A DNA stretch of 64,000 nucleotides from a virus, in the IMG/VR virus record IMGVR_UViG_3300042945_001784, positions 1-64,000 of that record; one strand, written 5' to 3'. Of the stretch, positions 58,099-64,000 are shown in pieces. The position numbers and the translations under genes were made by a program. The first letter of the stretch is position 1; each line of letters opens with the position of its first letter. Under the pieces are notes generated by a model. That model was not told the origin of the DNA. It ran no database searches and saw only the letters and a program-made list of their open reading frames with translations.

Positions 58099-58347
58099 AT
58101 GACTCCTGAGATAATTATTGCAGCTATTACTGCTGGATTAGCAGCATTTACAGGGCTATCCAAATCACTTTCAACTTTTAACGAGCGAATCAATACCAGG
58201 TTTGAAAAAATTGAAACCAACTATGATCGTTTAGAAAATACAATCATTCGTGATTATGTATTAAAGCAAGACTTTCTCAGAGAGATGCAAGCTGTTCACC
58301 AGAAGCTTGATCGAATTTGGGACTACATGATGAACCATAAGATTTAA
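58099..58347 (+). CDS. Small membrane/coiled-coil protein, holin-like
   Basis: N-terminal hydrophobic helix followed by a coiled coil. Confidence 0.55.
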   Translation: MTPEIIIAAITAGLAAFTGLSKSLSTFNERINTRFEKIETNYDRLENTIIRDYVLKQDFLREMQAVHQKLDRIWDYMMNHKI

Positions 58348-58766
58348 ATGGCAACCCAACTAGCACTGGTGCTGTTGTAAATATAAAGTCCAGGAGCAGA
58401 TTTATCATAATGCAGCTGCCCATCAGTTGGATTTGTTGGAAAACCGCTAGCTGACGTGGAGGCAACAGCCTTCGGCAATTGCCAAGAGCTGCCATCATAG
58501 ATTTTAAAGATCTGCGTACTTGCTGTATCTAACCAGCTTTCCCCTTTTGAAAGAGAAGCGTAACCAGTAGGTACAGCGTTAGGAGCAGTGTTGCCAACAT
58601 GAATTGGTCCAACTTTAATTAAAGCCGGTGTTCCTGCATTGTCACGGAAATATAAACCTGGCTCAGTAGCGTTGTAGTTAAGAGCAAGTTCACCATCTCC
58701 TAAACGACTGGGAAACACCCTGTCATAAAGAAGACTAGAACGTAAACGTAGGATTTGAACTGCCAT
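58344..58766 (-). CDS. Tail-associated protein
   Basis: LGDGELALNY...GESWLDT...PTDGQLHYD. Confidence 0.75.
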   Translation of the reverse strand: MAVQILRLRSSLLYDRVFPSRLGDGELALNYNATEPGLYFRDNAGTPALIKVGPIHVGNTAPNAVPTGYASLSKGESWLDTASTQIFKIYDGSSWQLPKAVASTSASGFPTNPTDGQLHYDKSAPGLYIYNSTSASWVAI

Positions 58767-58768
58767 GT

Positions 58769-61141
58769 TTAAGTATTCAGATAAATGCCACAGTCAATTT
58801 GTGTGAAGGGAGGCGTTGTTGGAACACCATTAACGTATGTACCGCAGTCTAAAACATCTGGAGTTCTTGTTCCTGTAGCAGGATTATAATCCAGTGGAGT
58901 ACCGTTTAGATAGTTACCACAGTCAATCTCACCAAAGCGGAAATCAGAATTGTAATCAGTTAAAGGCTGATCAAGCATACCAAATTTGGCACTCTTAATC
59001 AAATCCATATCAATGTTGAGCATCTTTTGCATGATAGTCAACATTGTTGTTGTCACATTTAAAGGCGTTCCAGTAAAACTAAAACGATTACTATTTGGAT
59101 TATTAGGATCGTACTGAGAATTGCGTCGAATATCGTCAGTAACCATTTGAGTTACTAAATTTGGATCGTAGTTTGCTACCTGCGTAGGTTGATTACGATC
59201 TCCGCTAATGGATTTAGCACCAGTCCAAGGCATCCCGTAACCCATCATTTGAAGACGCTCTGCAGCCACGCGAAGGCGTTCATTTTCTTTTTCTAAACGC
59301 TTAAGAAAAACTTCGGCAGATTCACCAGCAGGCGGATCGTTAGGTTCTAATAACCAAGTGTTAATGTACTCATGAGGTTTAAGATTATTTACCGTGCAAT
59401 ATCCACTTGTTGTCTGACTGAAAGGATAAATGATAACAAAGTTATTAGCATCAATAATCTGAGTAATAACATACTCACCGGCAAGGGCATTTCCGCTCGT
59501 AAACTCAACATTAACGCGGGTATTTAAGCCTAAACCATGGGGCTCATCTGTTGTAACTGTAATATTAGGACCTGATTGCGTATAGCGTCCACTCAGATTT
59601 AATGGATCATTACCTTCATCGTGGACAATAGACCACATGGCAGCATAAATATGTTTACACCAACGAAGCTGATAGTATGCAAGCAAAGGACGTGATAGAT
59701 CTGCGCTATCTTCATATGTAGGTAACTGATAAAAATTATTAATCACCACGTAACCAAAATCAGAATAAACACCTACATCATCTCTTGTTTCAACCAAATT
59801 ACCATTGCGATCAAAGCGATAACCTGGACGCACTGAGCCTGCAAGAGTATTAGGAAACTTACGCCGTTCTTGTTCTTTATAAAAGTTAAATGTTTCTCGT
59901 TTCAAGTAATCCTGGCATGTGCACTGATAACGTATCTCTGTTGTCAAATAGCGTCCTACAGTAAATCCACGATGCGCCGGAACAATTGTTTTGGGTATTC
60001 CTTGATTTGTACTAGACGGTAAATTTGTTACAGGATCAAATAAACGTGTACCATAACTATCATCACGTTGGAATAAAATTTCATTTGTTGATAAGTCTGT
60101 GCCAGTAACCGTATAACCTACATAATCATTGTAGTCATAACCGCGAATTCTGCGGTTTACAATCATTGAGCCTGAAGTAACGCCGCTAATTAAAGTTGTT
60201 ATTGTGAACTGCGTGCTATTTAAAACAGTAACTGTATAAAGACCTGAAGCTACAGCACCACTTGTTACCGCTATAAAAACTTCATTGCCACTAGAGAGGC
60301 CATGAGCAGCAGTACAGGTTACTGTTACAGTCGATCCGGTTCTTGAATATGTAGAAAAGATTCCAGGATCCCGTTCAATAATACGATCTGCTAAACGTTC
60401 TCCTGCAAAGAATGTAACCGGTGTTGGAATAGAACGTAAACGTACTCGTTGTTGGACCCAGTTTGGATCCGTAAAGGTTGTAACTTTAAATAGAGTTACA
60501 TTCCCGCTGGTACTAATAGCACTAGAAGCAGTGCAAGTAAATGTATTTATTGTCGTTCCTGTAATTGTTAACGTTTCATCAAGTGCTGCGCCGCTAGTAA
60601 CATTGAGATAGATAGAGTCACCTGTGGTGTACCCATGCTCAACACTAGTAACTGTTATGGTAGTGCCGCTTTGTAAATACGTGCCATTTTTAGGTGTTTG
60701 CATATAGCGAACACCTAAGATTGGTAAACCAAAGTTGTAGAAATTAAAAGAGTTGGCATCACGGACGCCAACCATTTGTTCTCCAATCTCACTGTGGGAG
60801 CTTGGAAAAGTAAACATCCGTGCAGGAATAAAGACTCCAGGAAACTGCTGAAATGCACAATACATACGGAAGTCGCCACGGGTATTCCGTCCGGTTGCTC
60901 CGCTTCCTAGATAGGTTTGCGTTAACGTGTATAGCTCGTAACCACGTCTCCAACGATTCCACATAGAGTCATGGTTATAAAAACGAATCCGACTAACCTG
61001 ATTACGATCACCTGGTTCAAAATCAAAAGGGTTTGTGTCAATCCCTAGTTGATATTTAGTTGGTTTTTTGTTGATCTTATCGGAGAAGTTTTTAAAACCG
61101 CTATCAAATCTTCCTCCAAAACTATCTTTACGCCTAGGCAT
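58769..61141 (-). CDS. Large late protein with beta repeats and a SWIM-like motif
   Basis: Three T.TVT....HG...G repeats; CTCQDY...WCKHIYA. Confidence 0.7.
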   Translation of the reverse strand: MPRRKDSFGGRFDSGFKNFSDKINKKPTKYQLGIDTNPFDFEPGDRNQVSRIRFYNHDSMWNRWRRGYELYTLTQTYLGSGATGRNTRGDFRMYCAFQQFPGVFIPARMFTFPSSHSEIGEQMVGVRDANSFNFYNFGLPILGVRYMQTPKNGTYLQSGTTITVTSVEHGYTTGDSIYLNVTSGAALDETLTITGTTINTFTCTASSAISTSGNVTLFKVTTFTDPNWVQQRVRLRSIPTPVTFFAGERLADRIIERDPGIFSTYSRTGSTVTVTCTAAHGLSSGNEVFIAVTSGAVASGLYTVTVLNSTQFTITTLISGVTSGSMIVNRRIRGYDYNDYVGYTVTGTDLSTNEILFQRDDSYGTRLFDPVTNLPSSTNQGIPKTIVPAHRGFTVGRYLTTEIRYQCTCQDYLKRETFNFYKEQERRKFPNTLAGSVRPGYRFDRNGNLVETRDDVGVYSDFGYVVINNFYQLPTYEDSADLSRPLLAYYQLRWCKHIYAAMWSIVHDEGNDPLNLSGRYTQSGPNITVTTDEPHGLGLNTRVNVEFTSGNALAGEYVITQIIDANNFVIIYPFSQTTSGYCTVNNLKPHEYINTWLLEPNDPPAGESAEVFLKRLEKENERLRVAAERLQMMGYGMPWTGAKSISGDRNQPTQVANYDPNLVTQMVTDDIRRNSQYDPNNPNSNRFSFTGTPLNVTTTMLTIMQKMLNIDMDLIKSAKFGMLDQPLTDYNSDFRFGEIDCGNYLNGTPLDYNPATGTRTPDVLDCGTYVNGVPTTPPFTQIDCGIYLNT

Positions 61142-61292
61142 TTAAAGATAACCCTTTACGGGGATCTCCTGGATAAGGATAGCTTACTTCTTTTACACCC
61201 ATCATTCGACGCCAGTTATTGGCCATGTCAACAGCAAGCTGCCAATTAATCCTGTTCTGATCTTGAGACCAGGATTGAATATCTTTCATAGA

Positions 61293-62066
61293 TCAATAGT
61301 ATCCGCCTTGCAGGCAAACATAAAAACCGTTGGTTAATGCTGCTGTTCCGCTAACCGATGCATATAAAGCTTGACCACGTTGCAAAACTAATCCGCGAGT
61401 TTTAGGCGAAACTTCATTATTAGTTGAAGTAAAGTTAGCTCCAGCGTGTGGAACTGGATGGTTAATCAAAGGAAGAACTTCATTTAAAGTTAGGCTGTAT
61501 GTCTGACTTGCAGCCACAGCAGGAACGCTAACAGTAAACAGTGGGAAGAATTGGTTAATATTTGTGATCGAACCAGTGTTAACAAGATAGAAACAAACAT
61601 CAATAGGCTGGTAAACGTTAACGTTTCCAGAAGTAGTCAGTGTTCCTGCGCTAGTAATCGTAAACGTTGTTGAAGTAACGGCAGTAACAGTAGCTGTTTC
61701 ATCAACAGCTGTACCACTGGTGTAATCTAGATAAACAGACTGACCAATTTTTAGATTGTGATTTGCAAGGGTAACTGTTACGGTAGTTGTACCAACTTGT
61801 GAATAAGTTCCTGCTCCAGGAGTAGCAGCGTCTAAAAAGATATTACGTTCTTTGCTATAACGTAACCAAATCTCATCAACGTACGCACCACTAACAGAGG
61901 TATCTGTTAATGCGCTATCAACATCTAAAACGTTGGTGGCGTTGCCCACAGCTGTAGGAATTAAGCTCGTGGAGAACAGCTGACCAGAAGCAACGGTTAA
62001 AAGAGTACTGTTAAGAAAGGGCCGGTCAATCATTGCCGGCTGCTTATTGGTAGAAGAACTAGCCAT
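61293..62066 (-). CDS. Structural-type protein
   Basis: Carries the same TVTVT...H.L..G repeat as 58769..61141. Confidence 0.65.
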   Translation of the reverse strand: MASSSTNKQPAMIDRPFLNSTLLTVASGQLFSTSLIPTAVGNATNVLDVDSALTDTSVSGAYVDEIWLRYSKERNIFLDAATPGAGTYSQVGTTTVTVTLANHNLKIGQSVYLDYTSGTAVDETATVTAVTSTTFTITSAGTLTTSGNVNVYQPIDVCFYLVNTGSITNINQFFPLFTVSVPAVAASQTYSLTLNEVLPLINHPVPHAGANFTSTNNEVSPKTRGLVLQRGQALYASVSGTAALTNGFYVCLQGGYY

Positions 62067-62110
62067 TCCTTCTGGTTAACGTTATTTGCTAAACCTATTG
62101 TAGCGCAGGT

Positions 62111-63461
62111 TTAAGCAAATAGTTTTTCAAAAATTAAAGGGTCTATTTGCTGAAGCCCTTTAATCTTGCTCCCTGCCATCCGATAGTCACCAGGAAGCGG
62201 GCGGGTTCCAGGAGTGCCGTCGCCAGGAAGAGGCCGTAGTCCTGGTTCATAGTCACCAGTACGCGCACCAAGGCCACGTCCTCTTGGGGTTATGTCCCGC
62301 TCCTGGAGTGGATCAATCATTGCCCTTTGTGTTTAGTAGCCAGTTCAACAGCACGTCGTGCTTTTTTAGCAGCCGGTGTGTTTTCTACAAACTGTTTACC
62401 GCTCCGGGATTCACGCTGCTTCTTTTGATCCGTTTGCTTGCGTTCTTCTGGAGAGAGCCGAGCCCACGCAGCTTGAGGTAAGTAACGCTCTGTGCTTTTC
62501 TTACCTGGCTCAATTGCTTTATCAGCCATCGTTGATTGGTCCTCCATAGAGCCAGGCATCACAGGTCCTTGCTGCAGCACACTTAAACTTAAAGAGCTGG
62601 CAATAACCTAAGTTGGAATGGTCTAAAACTTCGTAAGGATCTGCAGCACCGCTTTCATTGATTCCTTCAATGATGCAATCTAAGATTAAACCAGATTGAT
62701 CAAAGGCAGCACAGTTACCACAACGTGCAGACATTACAGTTTCTACATCACTGTTCCACATGTCTGCTTTCTTTTCCCAAAACCCAGGGTCAGGTTCATC
62801 AGGATTCAAAGGACCATAAGCAAAGTTATCAATGGTCCAATTTCTATTTTTGATATTTTCTTTAATATCAGTTGTAGCACGAGGGCATGACTGTCCTACA
62901 GCAGTTGCAGTTTTACCAAGCAGTGCTTTTGCTTTGTAGTTTTCCATCATCCTTTCTTCTTCTCATACTCATCTTTAGTCATCCACTTTTGCTCACCCCA
63001 ACGCTTTAAAGATTTCTGTCCTTCTGTTTTTTCTCCTTTGTAACCGCCACCTTTCTTCTTGTATTCTTGCGCCAGGAGCTGAGCTTTTCGTGCACTCCAC
63101 TGACCTGGCTTCCCTCCTTTGGAACCAGCCATGATGCGATCTTTAATGCGTTCACGCATTTCTGGTTTGGTATACGCCATCAGAACTGATTTTGAATTGG
63201 TCTTTTATTAAGAATAACAGGAGGCACTGCATCACTTGCAGAACGATCTACCTCACGCATGTAAGCAGGGTTGTTCAGCTGATACCGTGGATCATTGCTT
63301 CCGTTGTAACCTACAACATAAGAGCAAGGGCTGCTCTTCTCTTTTATCTGGGATTGAAATGGGTCAGCAAAACTAGCCGTAGTCATGCTGTAATCCTGAT
63401 ACATGTTGTTGTAATTAACAGGATAAGCAGAGCTATAACCAGGAACGTTTGCAAATCTCAT
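62111..63461 (-). other. Cluster of small late CDS (62111-62320, 62317-62529, 62522-62950, 62947-63180, 63180-63461)
   Basis: Overlapping start/stop codons; 62947 and 62317 resemble the two halves of a DUF5872-like protein. Confidence 0.7.
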
Positions 63462-64000
63462 GCAAAGTAATTAGCTGTTGGTTGGCTTTGCATCATCTTA
63501 ACTAAACTGTTAACGGGAATAGTACTGCCAGATGGTTTAACCATCTTTGAAATATAGTTTTTTAAATACTGCTCACGACTTTGTTGTTCTTCTGCCTTGT
63601 TTCCAGTTTGAATAACAATGTTAATTGACTGTGGAGAATCAGTAGAAGATGGTTGTTGAGCAGGTTGAATTTGTGGAGTTTGTTGTCCACCTAAAGATGC
63701 TTCTTGTCCGCCTTTAGTATGTAGTAGCTCAATTTCGTAACCTTCTGGTGTTTGAATAGTTCCTAAACCTTTACCTGGTTTAAAAGCACCTGCACCTTTC
63801 CAGTACAACGGAGTGCCGCCAGGAACACCAAAGTCAATTCCTTTGTGATAGGTTGAAGCTCCAGCGGTAGGTGCAGACCGTGGACCAAACCCAGAGGTAA
63901 TAGGGAACGCTGGTTTAAACCCGTCTTTTGTTTGCTGGTAAAGGGGAGTTTTTGCCTCCCCAATTACTAAGTTTTGCAGGCCACTGCGCCATGTGCTGGG
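63458..64000 (-). CDS. M23-peptidase-like protein, 3' part only (start outside the window)
   Basis: Open frame to the window edge: ITSGFGPR...STYHKGIDFGVPGGTP. Confidence 0.75.
   Translation of the reverse strand, partial: PSTWRSGLQNLVIGEAKTPLYQQTKDGFKPAFPITSGFGPRSAPTAGASTYHKGIDFGVPGGTPLYWKGAGAFKPGKGLGTIQTPEGYEIELLHTKGGQEASLGGQQTPQIQPAQQPSSTDSPQSINIVIQTGNKAEEQQSREQYLKNYISKMVKPSGSTIPVNSLVKMMQSQPTANYFA

Overview
This window looks like part of a tailed dsDNA cyanophage genome, probably freshwater. The basis is two nblA-like genes, TTTTCCACA boxes, a T7-type DNA polymerase A, ThyX, a Prim-Pol/D5 primase-helicase and tail-fibre genes. From about 1.2 to 48 kb the genes are mostly on the + strand: small early genes, then nucleotide, replication and recombination genes, with scattered - strand or moron-like inserts. 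From about 48 to 64 kb they are mostly on the - strand: Dps, lysis and tail genes, with two tRNAs on +. No integrase, reverse transcriptase or CRISPR array was seen. Main observations: (1) a GC-rich array of eight small genes at 31.8-34.3 kb with shared junction sequences, alternating conserved and variable blocks, and a visible microhomology recombination scar; (2) two promoter-led, pseudoknotted candidate ncRNAs of about 220-290 nt at 20.35 and 34.23 kb; (3) an anticodon-less tRNA-like element ending in ACCA, plus two covarying T-loop three-way junctions; (4) a TGCAC(AC) leader box before about 10 genes; (5) a shared FLxxY motif in scattered small late-type proteins. All family calls come from motif recognition by eye, not database searches.
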